Below are positions 17,861-28,164 of a DNA stretch of 64,000 nucleotides, piece after piece. Where the stretch lies: the NCBI GenBank assembly GCA_963739115.1, contig CAVTZB010000002.1:84338-148337 (forward strand). Reading direction: 5' to 3'. Below the pieces are notes generated by a model, which saw only the letters and a list, made by a program, of their open reading frames with translations, did no database searches and had not been told where the DNA came from. The stretch comes from an uncultured Solirubrobacteraceae bacterium. Lineage in GTDB: Bacteria > Actinomycetota > Thermoleophilia > Solirubrobacterales > Solirubrobacteraceae. The stretch's first letter is position 1; the number at the start of each line of letters is the position of its first letter. A program made the position numbers and the translations under genes.

Positions 17861-19882
17861 ATGTCGCTCACGGTCACACTCCCCGACGGCAACTCCCTCG
17901 AGCTGCCCGACGGCGCCACCGGCGCCGACGCCGCCGCGGCGATCGGGCCCGGTCTCGCGCGGGCGGCGCTCGCGATCGAGGTCAGGCTCGGCGCGGGGCA
18001 GGGTCACGACGGCGCCACCGGCGAGGGCACGGAGGTGCGCGACCTCGCGCGCTCACTCCCCGACGGCGCCCACATCGCGATCCTGACTAAAAATGACAGG
18101 CCGAAGGCCCTCGAGCTGATCCGTCACGACGCCGCGCACGTGCTCGCCGCGGCCGTCACCGAGCTCTACCCCGGCGTCAAGATCTCGATCGGGCCGCCGA
18201 TCGAGGACGGCTTCTACTACGACTTCGAGTTCCCCGAGGGCGCGGCGGTCTCCGAGGCGGATTTCCCGAAGGTCGAAGAGCTGATGCGCGCGCACGTGAA
18301 GGCGGCCGAGCCGTTCGAGCGCGAGGACGTGCCCGTCGGGCAGGCGCGCGAGCGCTTCCTCGCGGAGCGTCAGGACTACAAGGTCGAGCTGATCGACGAC
18401 CTCGTGACGGCGGCCGAGCAGAGCCTTCATCGCGAGCCGCTCACAACGGTCTCGCTGTACACGAACGGTCCCTTCACCGACCTCTGCCGTGGCCCGCACG
18501 CGCCCAGCACGAAGACCGTCGGCGCGTTCAAGCTGAGCTCGCTCGCGGGCGCGTACTGGCGCGGGGACTCCACCAGGACGATGCTCACGCGCATCTACGG
18601 CACGGCGTTCTTCACCAAGGCCGAGCTCGAGGAGCACCTCGAGCGGATCGAGCAGGCCAGGGCGCGCGACCACCGCAAGCTGGGGCGCGAGCTCGGGCTG
18701 TTCACCTTCTCCGACGTATCACCCGGCGCCGCCTTCTGGATGCCTGCGGGCACGACCATCTTCAACTCGCTCGTCGGCCTCTCGCGCCAGATGGGCGCCG
18801 AGCGCGGCTACTCCGAGGTGAAGACCCCGCAGATCTTCGACGCGGAGCTGTGGCGCACCTCGGGGCACTGGGACAAGTACCGAGAGAACATGTTCACGCT
18901 CGAGGTCGAGGACCGCGAGATGGCCGTCAAGCCGATGAACTGCCCCGGTCACTGCCACCTGTTCGCGCAGAGCCGGCACTCCTATCGCGACCTGCCCGTG
19001 CGCTATTTCGAGCCGGGCCTGTTGCACCGCAACGAGGCCTCCGGCGTGCTGCACGGGCTGCTGCGTGTGCGCCACTTCGCCCAGGACGACGGGCACATCT
19101 TCTGCACCGAGGAGCAGGTCCAGGGAGAGGTCACCTCGGCGCTGGAGATGGCGTTCGCGACGTATGCGCTGTTCGACTTCGACGTGCGCCTGGAGCTCTC
19201 CACACGCCCCGAGCAGCGCGTCGGCACCGACGAGATGTGGGACCGCGCCGAGGAGAAGCTCGCGCGCGCGCTCGACGCGCTCGGCCTGGCATACGAGCTG
19301 AACCCCGGTGACGGCGCGTTCTACGGCCCCAAGATCGACATGCACATGACCGACTCGCTCGGGCGCTCCTGGCAGCTCGGAACGGTCCAGCTTGACTACT
19401 CGATGCCCGCGCGCTTCGGGCTCGCCTACAGCGGCGCTGACAACCACGAGCACACGCCCGTGATGATCCACCGCGCGATGCTCGGCTCCTACGAGCGCTT
19501 CATCGGCATCATGCTCGAGCACTACGCAGGCGTTCTGCCGCTGTGGCTCGCGCCCGTGCAGGCGATCGTGCTGCCCGTCGCCGACCGCTTCAACGACCAC
19601 GCCGCCAAGGTCAGAGACACGCTCGCCGGCGAGGGGGCACGGGTCGAGCTCGACCACCGCAGCGAGTCGATCAAGCGCAAGATCCGCGACGCTGAGCTCC
19701 GGAAAGTCCCGTACATGCTGGTCGTCGGCGAGCGCGAGCAGCACGACGGCACGGTGTCGCTGCGCGAGCACGGCGGCGGGGACGCGGGCAGCGTTCCACT
19801 CGACGAGTTCACAACGCGCCTGGCAGGAGAGCTATACTCGGCCGCGTTGACGCCCCGCAAATCCTCACACAGCCACGCGTAG
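17861..19882 (+). CDS. thrS: Threonine--tRNA ligase
   Basis: TGS domain, IRHDAAH, FTDLCRGPH, KPMNCPGH, RNEASGVLHGLLRVR, FYGPKID, MIHRA. Confidence 0.98.
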   Translation: MSLTVTLPDGNSLELPDGATGADAAAAIGPGLARAALAIEVRLGAGQGHDGATGEGTEVRDLARSLPDGAHIAILTKNDRPKALELIRHDAAHVLAAAVTELYPGVKISIGPPIEDGFYYDFEFPEGAAVSEADFPKVEELMRAHVKAAEPFEREDVPVGQARERFLAERQDYKVELIDDLVTAAEQSLHREPLTTVSLYTNGPFTDLCRGPHAPSTKTVGAFKLSSLAGAYWRGDSTRTMLTRIYGTAFFTKAELEEHLERIEQARARDHRKLGRELGLFTFSDVSPGAAFWMPAGTTIFNSLVGLSRQMGAERGYSEVKTPQIFDAELWRTSGHWDKYRENMFTLEVEDREMAVKPMNCPGHCHLFAQSRHSYRDLPVRYFEPGLLHRNEASGVLHGLLRVRHFAQDDGHIFCTEEQVQGEVTSALEMAFATYALFDFDVRLELSTRPEQRVGTDEMWDRAEEKLARALDALGLAYELNPGDGAFYGPKIDMHMTDSLGRSWQLGTVQLDYSMPARFGLAYSGADNHEHTPVMIHRAMLGSYERFIGIMLEHYAGVLPLWLAPVQAIVLPVADRFNDHAAKVRDTLAGEGARVELDHRSESIKRKIRDAELRKVPYMLVVGEREQHDGTVSLREHGGGDAGSVPLDEFTTRLAGELYSAALTPRKSSHSHA

Positions 19883-19912
19883 CGATAGCTTGACGCGAGG
19901 GCACCACAGCTA

Positions 19913-20629
19913 GTGCCGGTTCCGCGCAGGTTCGACCGGCGCCCGCCCGAGCGGGACACGACGAGGATCAACGAGCGAATCCGCGTACCCGAGGTGCGCC
20001 TGATCGACGACGAGGGTCAGCAGATCGGTGTGCTGAAGACGCCCGACGCGCTCGTGTTCGCCCAGGAGAGAGAACTCGACCTGGTGGAGGTCGCCCCCGA
20101 GGCGCGCCCGCCGGTGTGCCGCGTGCTCGACTACTCCAAGTACAAGTACGAGCAGGCGCAGAAGGTCAAGCAGGCGCGCAAGCACCAGCAGCAGATAACC
20201 GTCAGGGAGATCAAGTTCCGCCCCAAGATCGCCGAGCACGACTACGACACCAAGAAGCACCACGTCGAGCGCTTCCTGCGCCACAAGGACAAGGTCAAGG
20301 TCACGATCATGTTCCGCGGACGCGAGGTCACCCACCCCGAGCGCGGCACCGCGATCCTCGACCGGCTCGCCGAGGAGCTCTCAGAGCTCGGCGTCGTCGA
20401 GCAGCGCCCCATGCAGGAAGGGCGCAACATGACCATGATGATGGCGCCCTCCAAAGCCGTGCTCGCGGGCAAGGCCGACTCGCACGAGGCCGCCGACGAG
20501 GTCTTCCCCGCCGACGCCCAGGGCGACGTCGCCGCAGAGGCGCTCGAGTCCCCGCTCGAGGACGGCAGCCGGCCGCTGACGGACGCAGTGGAGCCGGCGG
20601 ACGTGCCCACGGACTCCACCGTGTCATAA
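19913..20629 (+). CDS. infC: Translation initiation factor IF-3 with acidic C-terminal tail
   Basis: [48 protein letters not shown]. Confidence 0.97.
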   Translation: MPVPRRFDRRPPERDTTRINERIRVPEVRLIDDEGQQIGVLKTPDALVFAQERELDLVEVAPEARPPVCRVLDYSKYKYEQAQKVKQARKHQQQITVREIKFRPKIAEHDYDTKKHHVERFLRHKDKVKVTIMFRGREVTHPERGTAILDRLAEELSELGVVEQRPMQEGRNMTMMMAPSKAVLAGKADSHEAADEVFPADAQGDVAAEALESPLEDGSRPLTDAVEPADVPTDSTVS

Positions 20630-20642
20630 TCAGCGGCTCGCT

Positions 20643-20843
20643 ATGCCAAAGATGAAGACACACTCCGGCGCGAAGAAGCGCTTCAAAGTCACCGCCAGCG
20701 GCAAGGTGCGCGCGCGGCACGCCTTCACGAGCCACATCCTCGAGAAGAAGTCGCCCAAACACAAGCGCCACCTCGGCCGGCCGGTGATCGTCTCCGACGA
20801 CGACGCGCCGCGGATCAAGCGCATGCTGGGAGTGGGCAAATGA
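20643..20843 (+). CDS. rpmI: 50S ribosomal protein L35
   Basis: [21 protein letters not shown]. Confidence 0.98.
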   Translation: MPKMKTHSGAKKRFKVTASGKVRARHAFTSHILEKKSPKHKRHLGRPVIVSDDDAPRIKRMLGVGK

Positions 20844-21199
20844 CCCGCGTCAAGCGCTCCGTCAGCGCTCGCAAGAAGCGCCGCTCGGTACTCGAGCAGA
20901 CGAAGGGCTTCCGCGGCGAGGCGCACTCGAACTACAAGCGCGCCAAGGAGGCGCTGCTGAAGGCCGACGCGTACGCCTACCGCGACAGGCGCAACCGCAA
21001 GCGCGACTTCCGCCGCCTGTGGATCACGCGCATCAACGCCGCCGCGCGCGTCAACGGCATGAGCTATTCGCAGCTGATGCACGGCCTGAAACTGGCCGGC
21101 GTCGAGCTCGACCGCAAGGTGCTGGCCGACATCGCAGTGCGCGACGCAGACACGTTCCGACGTTTCGCCGAGGTCGCCCGCGAGGCGTCGGCTGCCTGA
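20840..21199 (+). CDS. rplT: 50S ribosomal protein L20
   Basis: RVKRSV...[25 protein letters not shown]. Confidence 0.98.
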   Translation: MTRVKRSVSARKKRRSVLEQTKGFRGEAHSNYKRAKEALLKADAYAYRDRRNRKRDFRRLWITRINAAARVNGMSYSQLMHGLKLAGVELDRKVLADIAVRDADTFRRFAEVAREASAA

Positions 21200-21242
21200 C
21201 CCCGGAGAGCCGGGGACCCGGCAAACGACAGACAGCCTCCCG

Positions 21243-21275
21243 GGCGTCGCTCCTGAAAAGGACGGCGCTTTTTTT
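21243..21275 (+). terminator. Intrinsic terminator after rplT
   Basis: GCGTCG-C-TCCT-GAAA-AGGA-CGGCGC hairpin followed by a run of 7 T. Confidence 0.8.
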
Positions 21276-21294
21276 ATGACATGAACCAGATTCA

Positions 21295-22089
21295 ATGACC
21301 CAGATCCAATCCCCCCACAATCCCCGCCTGAAGGCCGTTCGCCACCTGCACACAAAGCGCGGGCGCGCCCGCAGCGGCCTGTTCCTGGCCGAGGGCGAGG
21401 ACCTGATCGCCGCCGCCGAGCACGCCGGACGCCCGCTCGTCGAGGGCTACCGGCTGGCCGGGTCGGGCCTCGGCAACGACGACTTCCATGAAGTCGAGCG
21501 CTCCGCGCTCGCGAGCGTGTCCGCGCTCGGCTCCGGCACGCGCGTGATCGGCACCTACCAGCAGCGCTGGGACACCCCCGCGGGGCCGCTGTGCGTGTAC
21601 CTGCACCGCGTCGGCGACCCCGGCAACGTCGGCACCGTACTGCGCTCCGCGCAGGCGTTCGGCGCCTCATGCGTCGCGCTCGGCCCCGGCTGCGCCGACC
21701 CGCACGGGCCGAAGGCCGTGCGCGCGAGCATGGGCGCGATCTTCACCGTTTCGCTCGCGCACGTCAGCGACCTCGCCGACCTGCCCGGCGAGCGGATCGC
21801 GCTCGTCGCCGACGCCGGCGAGGCGCTGCGCGGGCCAGGCGACGGCGGCGCCGATACCGGCCCAGGCGACGGCGAGCGCAGCGCTGACGGCGCGGTCACG
21901 CTGATCGTCGGCTCCGAGCGCGACGGGCTCCCCGACGAGCTCGTCGCGGCGTGCGAGCGCGTCGCGAGCATCCCCATCGCCACCGACTCGCTCAACGCGG
22001 CGATGGCCGCGACGGTGGCGCTGTACGAGATGACCCGCCGACCGGATCGTTGTCCCGCCCGCCCCAACGATACGGTCCCGGCGTCATGA
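21295..22089 (+). CDS. TrmH/SpoU-family RNA 2'-O-methyltransferase
   Basis: FLAEG, DPGNVGTVLRSA, RASMG, VGSERDG, SLNAAMA. Confidence 0.92.
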   Translation: MTQIQSPHNPRLKAVRHLHTKRGRARSGLFLAEGEDLIAAAEHAGRPLVEGYRLAGSGLGNDDFHEVERSALASVSALGSGTRVIGTYQQRWDTPAGPLCVYLHRVGDPGNVGTVLRSAQAFGASCVALGPGCADPHGPKAVRASMGAIFTVSLAHVSDLADLPGERIALVADAGEALRGPGDGGADTGPGDGERSADGAVTLIVGSERDGLPDELVAACERVASIPIATDSLNAAMAATVALYEMTRRPDRCPARPNDTVPAS

Positions 22090-23201
22090 TCGATCGGATT
22101 CAGGAGCTGCGCGGCGAGGCCGAGCGTGCGATCGCGGCAGCCGGCTCGAGCGAGCAGCTCGAGGAGATGCGCGTGCGCTACCTCGGACGCAAGGCCGAGC
22201 TGCCACAGCTGCTGCGCGGGGTCGCAGAGCTCCCGCCCGAGCAGCGCGGACCCGTCGGCAAGGCCGCCAACCAGGCACGCCAGGCGCTCGAGGCGCTGAT
22301 CGGGGCGCGCACCGACGAGCTGGCGGTCGGCGAGCTCGAGCAGCGGCTGCTGGCCGACCGCGTCGACGTCACGCTGCCCGGCGCGCCGGCGCAGCCGATC
22401 GGGCGCCTGCACGTGCTCACCGCCACGCGCCGCGAGCTCGAAGACATCTTCCTCGGCCTCGGCTTCACCGTTATGGAGGGGCCTGAGATCGAGACGGTTC
22501 ACTACAACTTCGACGCGCTCAACCACAGCCCCACGCACCCCGCGCGCGCACGCACCGACACCTTCTACGTCGCGCAGGACGGGTCCGGCGAGCTCGCCCC
22601 GCAGGACGAGCTCGTGCTGCGCACGCATACCTCGCCGATGCAGGTGCGCGCGATGGAAGCTCATCCGCCGCCGCTGTACGTGGTGATCCCCGGGCGCGTC
22701 TACCGGCCCGACTCCGACGCCACGCACACGCCGCAGTTCCACCAGATCGAGGGCCTCGCCGTCGACGAGGACATCACGCTCGCCGATCTAAAGGGCACGC
22801 TGCTGGAGTTCGCGCGCGCGGTCTTCGGTGGCACCGATGGAGGCACGGGCGAGCGCGACGTGCGCCTGCGCCCGCACTTCTTCCCGTTCACCGAGCCGAG
22901 CGTCGAGGTCGACGTGTCGTGCTTCAACTGCAACGGGAAGGGCTTTCTCAGGGACGGCTCGCGCTGCCCGCTGTGCAAGGGCGAGGGCTGGCTCGAGGTG
23001 CTCGGCGCCGGCGAGGTCGACCCCAATGTGTACGCGCACGTGCCCACCACCGATGCCAACGCCCCCGGCTATGACCCCGAGAAGGTGCAGGGCTTCGCAT
23101 GGGGGCTGGGGGTCGAGCGGATCGCGATGCTCAAGCACGGCATCCCCGATTTGCGCCTTTACTACGAGAACGACCTGCGCTTCCTGGAGCAGTTCTCATG
23201 A
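22086..23201 (+). CDS. pheS: Phenylalanine--tRNA ligase alpha subunit
   Basis: YLGRK, NFDALN, LRTHTSP, THTPQFHQIEG, FFPFTEPS, GFAWGLGVERIAML; ATGA overlap with trmH. Confidence 0.97.
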   Translation: MIDRIQELRGEAERAIAAAGSSEQLEEMRVRYLGRKAELPQLLRGVAELPPEQRGPVGKAANQARQALEALIGARTDELAVGELEQRLLADRVDVTLPGAPAQPIGRLHVLTATRRELEDIFLGLGFTVMEGPEIETVHYNFDALNHSPTHPARARTDTFYVAQDGSGELAPQDELVLRTHTSPMQVRAMEAHPPPLYVVIPGRVYRPDSDATHTPQFHQIEGLAVDEDITLADLKGTLLEFARAVFGGTDGGTGERDVRLRPHFFPFTEPSVEVDVSCFNCNGKGFLRDGSRCPLCKGEGWLEVLGAGEVDPNVYAHVPTTDANAPGYDPEKVQGFAWGLGVERIAMLKHGIPDLRLYYENDLRFLEQFS

Positions 23202-23332
23202 CCACAGGCACGTATGCCGGCGCCGGATCTGCGTCCTCGGTCGCTCGCGTGCGTAGCACGCCACGCTCCCTGCGTCCTTGTCCGGCTTGGCCTACGTGCC
23301 TGTGGCGGCGCCCGGAGGTGAATCGGCCATGA
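23198..23332 (+). other. 44-aa bridging mini-ORF from pheS stop (ATGA) to pheT start (ATGA)
   Basis: MTTGTYAGAGSASSVARVRSTPRSLRPCPAWPTCLWRRPEVNRP*; translation unproven. Confidence 0.55.
23202..23305. repeat. Interspersed hairpin element, copy 1 (MIRU/REP-like), pheS-pheT spacer
   Basis: 63-bp core (23231-23293) identical to 28187-28249; perfect 13-bp terminal IR CCACAGGCACGTA/TACGTGCCTGTGG; central hairpin GCGTGC-GTA-GCACGC. Confidence 0.92.
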
Positions 23333-25830
23333 GGGTGCCGCTGCCGTGGCTGCGTGAATACTGCGACCCGCCGCTCGACGTGCGCGAGATCGAGGAGCGC
23401 CTGACGATGACCGGCACCAAGGTCGAGGCGATCCATCACCACGGCGTGCCCGCGACCGACGGCTTCGTCGTCGGTCGCGTGCTCAGCGCCGAGCAGCACC
23501 CCGACGCGGACCGCTTGAAGGTGTGCAAGGTTGACCTCGGCGCCAGCGCAGGAGACGGTGACGGCGACGGCGAGAGTGATTCGAGTCCCGCCCACCCGGC
23601 GACGATCGTGTGCGGCGCGCCGAACGTCGCGGCAGGGCAGACCGTCGCGGTGGCTCGCCCCGGCGCGGTGATGCCCGACGGGACGAAGCTCAAGCAGGCG
23701 AAGCTGCGCGGCGTGGTCTCCGAAGGGATGATCCTGTCCGAGCCCGAGCTCGAGCTCAGCACAGGCTCGGAGGGGATCCTCGTGCTCGATGGGCAACTCC
23801 TCGACGCGGAGCTGGCGCCGGGCACGCCGCTGGCGGAAGTGCTGGCGATCTCGATGGACGTGCTCGAGCTCGAGATCACACCCAACCGGCCGGACTGCCT
23901 CGGCGTCTACGGCGTCGCGCGCGAGCTGCATGCCGCCACCGGCGCTCCGCTCGCCGACGCGCCGTGGAGCGAGGACCCGGGCTCGGACGGTCCGGTGGCC
24001 GGCGCGGAGGTGATCGTCGAGTGCCTGGATCTGTGCCCGCGCTTCACCGCGCGCGTGTTCGAGGACGTCACGATCGCGCCGTCGCCGCCGTGGCTGAAGG
24101 CGCGGCTCGCCGCGGCGGGGCAGCGGCCGATCAACAACGTCGTAGACATCACCAACTACGCGATGCTGCTCAGCGGCCAGCCGCTGCACGCATTCGACCT
24201 CGACCGCGTCGTCGGCGCCCGCCTGACGGTGCGCCGCGCCCACGAGGGCGAGCAGGTGCAGACGCTCGACGGACAGACGCGTACGCTCGACCACGAGATG
24301 GTCGTGATCGAGGACGCCGACGGGCCGACGTCGATCGCCGGGCTGATGGGCGGCGCGCGCTCGGAGGTCGAGCCGGACACCAAGCGCGTGCTGATGGAGG
24401 TCGCCACCTGGAACGGTCCCAACATCCATCGCAGCTCGTGGGCGCTCGGCCTGCGCAGCGAGGCATCTGGGCGCTTCGAGAAGGGGCTGCAGCCGGAGCA
24501 GTGCCTGCACGCGCAGGCGATCGCCACGCAGCTGATGATCGAGCTGTGCGACGCGCGCGTTCTTCCTGGCACGATCGACGTGGGCCTGAAGGGATCCGGG
24601 TGGATCGCGCCGCGTCCCCAGATCGGGCTGCGCGAGGCGCGCGTGCAGGCGATCCTCGGCGTCCCCGTCGCGCGCGAGCGCCAGGCGGAGATCCTGGGCG
24701 CGCTGGACTTCGAGACCGAGCCGCGGGCGGACGGTCTGGAGGTGATCGTGCCGGCGCTCCGCCGCGACGACGTCACGCGCGAGATCGACGTGATCGAGGA
24801 GGTCGCGCGTATCGACGGCCTCGAGCGCCTGCCCGCGACGCTGCCCGCCCGGCGTGGCGCCGCCGGCAGGCTCACGCACGCCCAGCGCGTGCGTCGCGCC
24901 GCCGAGGACGCGCTGGTGGGCCGCGGGCTGTATGAGGTCGTCGGCTGGAGCTTCACCGACCCCGAGCTGCTCGACCGGCTGCTGCTCGGAGCCGAGCACC
25001 CGCTGCGGGACGTGATCGAGCTCGAGAACCCGCTGTCGGAGGGGCAGTCGATCATGCGCCCGACGCTGCTCGGGTCGCTGCTCGACGCCGCCAGGCACAA
25101 CGCCTCGCGCAACGGCCCCGACGTCGCGATCTTCGAGTCGGGCACCGTGTATCGCGCCTCGCACGACGAGCGCCCTGCCGACGAGCACCACGGCCTCGGC
25201 GTGCTGCTGAGCGGCGAGCTGGAGCCGAGCTCGTGGCGGGGCGAGCGCCGCGAGGCCGATTTCTTCGCCGCCAAGGCGCTGCTTGGAGCGCTGCTGGAGC
25301 GTTTCTCGATCGACTGGAAGGTCGAACCGGTCGAGCCGAGCGTGTGGCCGTTCCTGCACCCCGGTCGCAGCGCCGCGGTGATGGTCGACGACGTGCGCCT
25401 CGGGTTCCTCGGCGAGCTGCACCCGCTCGTGGCCGGCGCGTGGGACCTCCCTCATTCGGGGACAGGCGAGCGCACGGCGGCGTTCGCGATCGACCTCGGC
25501 AAGCTCGCCGCGTTCGCCTCGCCGCTGGTGGAGTACACGGCGTTCGGGCCGTTCCCGGCGCTGCGTCAGGACCTCGCGGTGACGCTGCCCGAATCGGTGT
25601 CCGCGGGCGAGGCGCTCGCGCGCGTGCGCTCGGCGGCGGGCGGGCTGCTCGAGGAGGTGCGCGTGTTCGATGTGTACACGGGCGAGCAGGTGGGGGAGGG
25701 CCGGCGCTCGCTCGCGCTCGCGCTGTCCTTCCGCGCGCTCGAGCGCACGCTCACCGACGAGGACGTCGAGCCGCTGCGCGCGAAGATCGTCGCGGCGCTG
25801 CAGGAGATCGGCGGTGAGCTGCGTGGCTAG
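23329..25830 (+). CDS. pheT: Phenylalanine--tRNA ligase beta subunit
   Basis: HPDADRL, IVCGAPNV, EITPNRPDC, INNVVDITNY, QPLHAFD, RFEKG, FDVYTGEQV; RBS GGAGGTG before ATG 23329. Confidence 0.97.
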   Translation: MRVPLPWLREYCDPPLDVREIEERLTMTGTKVEAIHHHGVPATDGFVVGRVLSAEQHPDADRLKVCKVDLGASAGDGDGDGESDSSPAHPATIVCGAPNVAAGQTVAVARPGAVMPDGTKLKQAKLRGVVSEGMILSEPELELSTGSEGILVLDGQLLDAELAPGTPLAEVLAISMDVLELEITPNRPDCLGVYGVARELHAATGAPLADAPWSEDPGSDGPVAGAEVIVECLDLCPRFTARVFEDVTIAPSPPWLKARLAAAGQRPINNVVDITNYAMLLSGQPLHAFDLDRVVGARLTVRRAHEGEQVQTLDGQTRTLDHEMVVIEDADGPTSIAGLMGGARSEVEPDTKRVLMEVATWNGPNIHRSSWALGLRSEASGRFEKGLQPEQCLHAQAIATQLMIELCDARVLPGTIDVGLKGSGWIAPRPQIGLREARVQAILGVPVARERQAEILGALDFETEPRADGLEVIVPALRRDDVTREIDVIEEVARIDGLERLPATLPARRGAAGRLTHAQRVRRAAEDALVGRGLYEVVGWSFTDPELLDRLLLGAEHPLRDVIELENPLSEGQSIMRPTLLGSLLDAARHNASRNGPDVAIFESGTVYRASHDERPADEHHGLGVLLSGELEPSSWRGERREADFFAAKALLGALLERFSIDWKVEPVEPSVWPFLHPGRSAAVMVDDVRLGFLGELHPLVAGAWDLPHSGTGERTAAFAIDLGKLAAFASPLVEYTAFGPFPALRQDLAVTLPESVSAGEALARVRSAAGGLLEEVRVFDVYTGEQVGEGRRSLALALSFRALERTLTDEDVEPLRAKIVAALQEIGGELRG

Positions 25831-26881
25831 CGTCTCCCCGCGGGAGGCGATCGCCTCCCAGCCGAGCGCCCCCGGCGGGCCGCGCGTGATCGTCGCCGGC
25901 GCGACCGGCTTCACCGGCGCGCTCGCCGCGCATCTGCTGTGGCGCCACCCGGACTTCGAGCTCGTGGCGGTGACCGGGCGCTCGGAGCAGGGTCGGCGAC
26001 TGCAGGACGTCTACCCGCGCTACCGCGTGCCGCTGACGATCGAGGCGCTCGAGCTCGAGCGCCTGCAGGGCATCGACGCCGCGGTCGTCGCCTACCCGCA
26101 CGCCGCCGCCGCGCCCACCGTCGCCGCGCTGCGCGAGCTCGGCGCGCGCGTATGCGACCTCAGCGCCGACTTCCGCCTGGGCTCGCAGTCGGAGTACGAG
26201 AAGTGGTACGGCGAGCACCCGCGCCCGGAGCTGCTCGAGGATGCCGTCTACGGGCTGACCGAGCTGCACCGCGAGCGGATCGCAGGCGCTGGGATCGTCG
26301 CCAACCCCGGCTGCTACCCGACCGCGTCGCTGCTCGCGCTCGCGCCGCTCGCGCGCGCCGGGCTGATCGCCGACGTGGTGATCGACGCCAAGCAGGGCAT
26401 CTCCGGCGCCGGGCGCGTGTTCGACGAGACCACGCACCTGTCGATGGCGGGCGAGAACATCGTTCCGTACAAGGTCGCCGCGCACCGGCACACGCCCGAG
26501 ATCGAGGAGCAGTTGCGCGCGCTGGACCCCGCCCACCCCGAGCTGAAGGTCCAGTTCCAGGCCCACCTCGTGCCACTCGACCAGGGCGAGATGGCGAGCT
26601 GCTACGTCACGACCACCCGTCCCGTAGCGGCCGAGGAGCTGCGCGCCATGTACACCGACGCGTACGCCGACGAGCCGTTCGTCGAGCTCGTCGAGCGCCC
26701 GCCGGGCGTGCTCGAGGTGCGCGAGACGAACTTCTGCCGCGTGTTCGCCGCCGCCGACGAGCACACCGGCAAGGTGATCGCGTTCGGGTCGATCGACAAC
26801 CTGTGGAAGGGCACCTCCTCGCAGGCGGTGCAGAACCTAAACCTGATGTTCGGCCTGCCCGAGACTCGAGGTCTGCTGTGA
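25823..26881 (+). CDS. argC: N-acetyl-gamma-glutamyl-phosphate reductase
   Basis: GATGFTG, DLSADFRL, YGLTE, NPGCYPT, SGAGR, HRHTPEI, IDNLWKG. Confidence 0.95.
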   Translation: MASVSPREAIASQPSAPGGPRVIVAGATGFTGALAAHLLWRHPDFELVAVTGRSEQGRRLQDVYPRYRVPLTIEALELERLQGIDAAVVAYPHAAAAPTVAALRELGARVCDLSADFRLGSQSEYEKWYGEHPRPELLEDAVYGLTELHRERIAGAGIVANPGCYPTASLLALAPLARAGLIADVVIDAKQGISGAGRVFDETTHLSMAGENIVPYKVAAHRHTPEIEEQLRALDPAHPELKVQFQAHLVPLDQGEMASCYVTTTRPVAAEELRAMYTDAYADEPFVELVERPPGVLEVRETNFCRVFAAADEHTGKVIAFGSIDNLWKGTSSQAVQNLNLMFGLPETRGLL

Positions 26882-28164
26882 GCACGCCCGACACCGAGAA
26901 GATCGACTCGCGGCCGTTCTTCCGCTCGCGCTGGACGCCCGCGCCGGCGCACGTGCGCGAGCTCGGCCTCGACGCCGGGCTGCCGGCGGGGTTCCGCGCG
27001 GCGGGCGTTGCCGCGGGCATCAAGCCGAGCGGCAGGCCGGACGTCGGCCTGCTCGTGTGCGACTCCCAGGCGCCCGTCAGCGCCGCGCGCTTCACCGCCA
27101 CCGCCACCCCGGCAGCGCCCGTGCTCGTCAGCCGCGAGCGCTGCCGCCTGGACGCGCTGCGCGCGGTGCTCGCGAACTCCGGCTGCGCCAACGCCGCCAC
27201 CGGCCGGCGCGGGCTCGACGACGCCGCCAAGACACAGGGCGCGGCGGCGCTCGCCGCGGGCGTCGACCCCGCCGAGGTTGCGCTCGCCTCGACCGGCGCG
27301 ATCAGCCACGAGCTGCCGGTCGACGCGGTGCTGAAGGGGATCCTCGCGGCGCGCGAGCAGCTGAGCGCCGACGGCGACACGAACTTCCAGCGGGCGATCC
27401 AGACGACCGACGCGTTCGAGAAGCGCGCCAACCTCGAGCTGCAACTGCCCTCAGGCGCGGTGCGCCTGAGCGCGCAGTGCAAGGGCGCGGGCATGATCTC
27501 GCCGCGCTTCGCCACGATGCTGTGCTTCGTCGAGACCGACGCCGCGTTGAGCGCCGAGACCGCCGACCTGCTCCTGGGCGTGTGCGTGAAGCGCTCGTTC
27601 GACCGCGCGTCCGTCGACGGGCAGCTCTCCACCAACGACACCGCGATCCTGATGTGCTCCGGCTCGAGCGGCGTGAGCGTCGCCCCCGAGAGCGAGGACG
27701 AGCTGCGCTTCGGCGAGGCGCTCGACGCGCTGCTGCGGGCGCTGGCGATCATGATGGTCGCCGACGGCGAGGGCGCGGGGCGCAGCGCGCGCGTGATCGT
27801 CCGCGGCGGTGAGGCCGACGGCGCCGAGCTGGCCGCGCGCGCTGTCGCCAACTCCCCGCTCGTGAAGGCCGCGCTGCACGGCGGCGACCCCAACTGGGGG
27901 CGGATCGTGCAGGCCGTCGGCGGCGCCCTCGGGGGGCGCCCCGGCTTCGACGCGCCGCTCGCGCTGGACGTGTCGATCGAGGGGATCCAGGTGTGCGTCG
28001 GCGGGAGCGCGATCCCCTACGACGAGGCCGCGCTCGCTCGCGCGGTGCAGGGCCAGGAGGTCGAGTACGAGGTGACGCTGGGTGGCGACGGCGCTGAGAC
28101 CGAGGTGTTCTTCTCCGATTTGTCGCACGAGTACGTCAGCGTGAACGCGGAATACACGACATGA
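26878..28164 (+). CDS. argJ: Bifunctional ornithine acetyltransferase
   Basis: NSGCANAATG, TTD, KGAGMI..FATML, STNDT, VANSPLVKAALHGGDPNWGR, DLSHEYVSVNAEYTT. Confidence 0.95.
   Translation: MSTPDTEKIDSRPFFRSRWTPAPAHVRELGLDAGLPAGFRAAGVAAGIKPSGRPDVGLLVCDSQAPVSAARFTATATPAAPVLVSRERCRLDALRAVLANSGCANAATGRRGLDDAAKTQGAAALAAGVDPAEVALASTGAISHELPVDAVLKGILAAREQLSADGDTNFQRAIQTTDAFEKRANLELQLPSGAVRLSAQCKGAGMISPRFATMLCFVETDAALSAETADLLLGVCVKRSFDRASVDGQLSTNDTAILMCSGSSGVSVAPESEDELRFGEALDALLRALAIMMVADGEGAGRSARVIVRGGEADGAELAARAVANSPLVKAALHGGDPNWGRIVQAVGGALGGRPGFDAPLALDVSIEGIQVCVGGSAIPYDEAALARAVQGQEVEYEVTLGGDGAETEVFFSDLSHEYVSVNAEYTT

Noticed and set aside
17870-18075. Short internal repeats in thrS TGS, trmH (GPGDG x2) and pcrA Gly/Pro-rich inserts
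   Set aside because: In-frame low-complexity loop expansions; no evidence of function.
21200-21245. GGCAAAC...GCCTCC resembling a c-di-GMP (GEMM) riboswitch after rplT
   Set aside because: Lacks the second GNRA hairpin and correct spacing; simply precedes a terminator.
22915-22995. CxxCxGxG...CxxCxGxG in pheS
   Set aside because: A Cys cluster at this position is common in bacterial PheS; only a short insertion differs.
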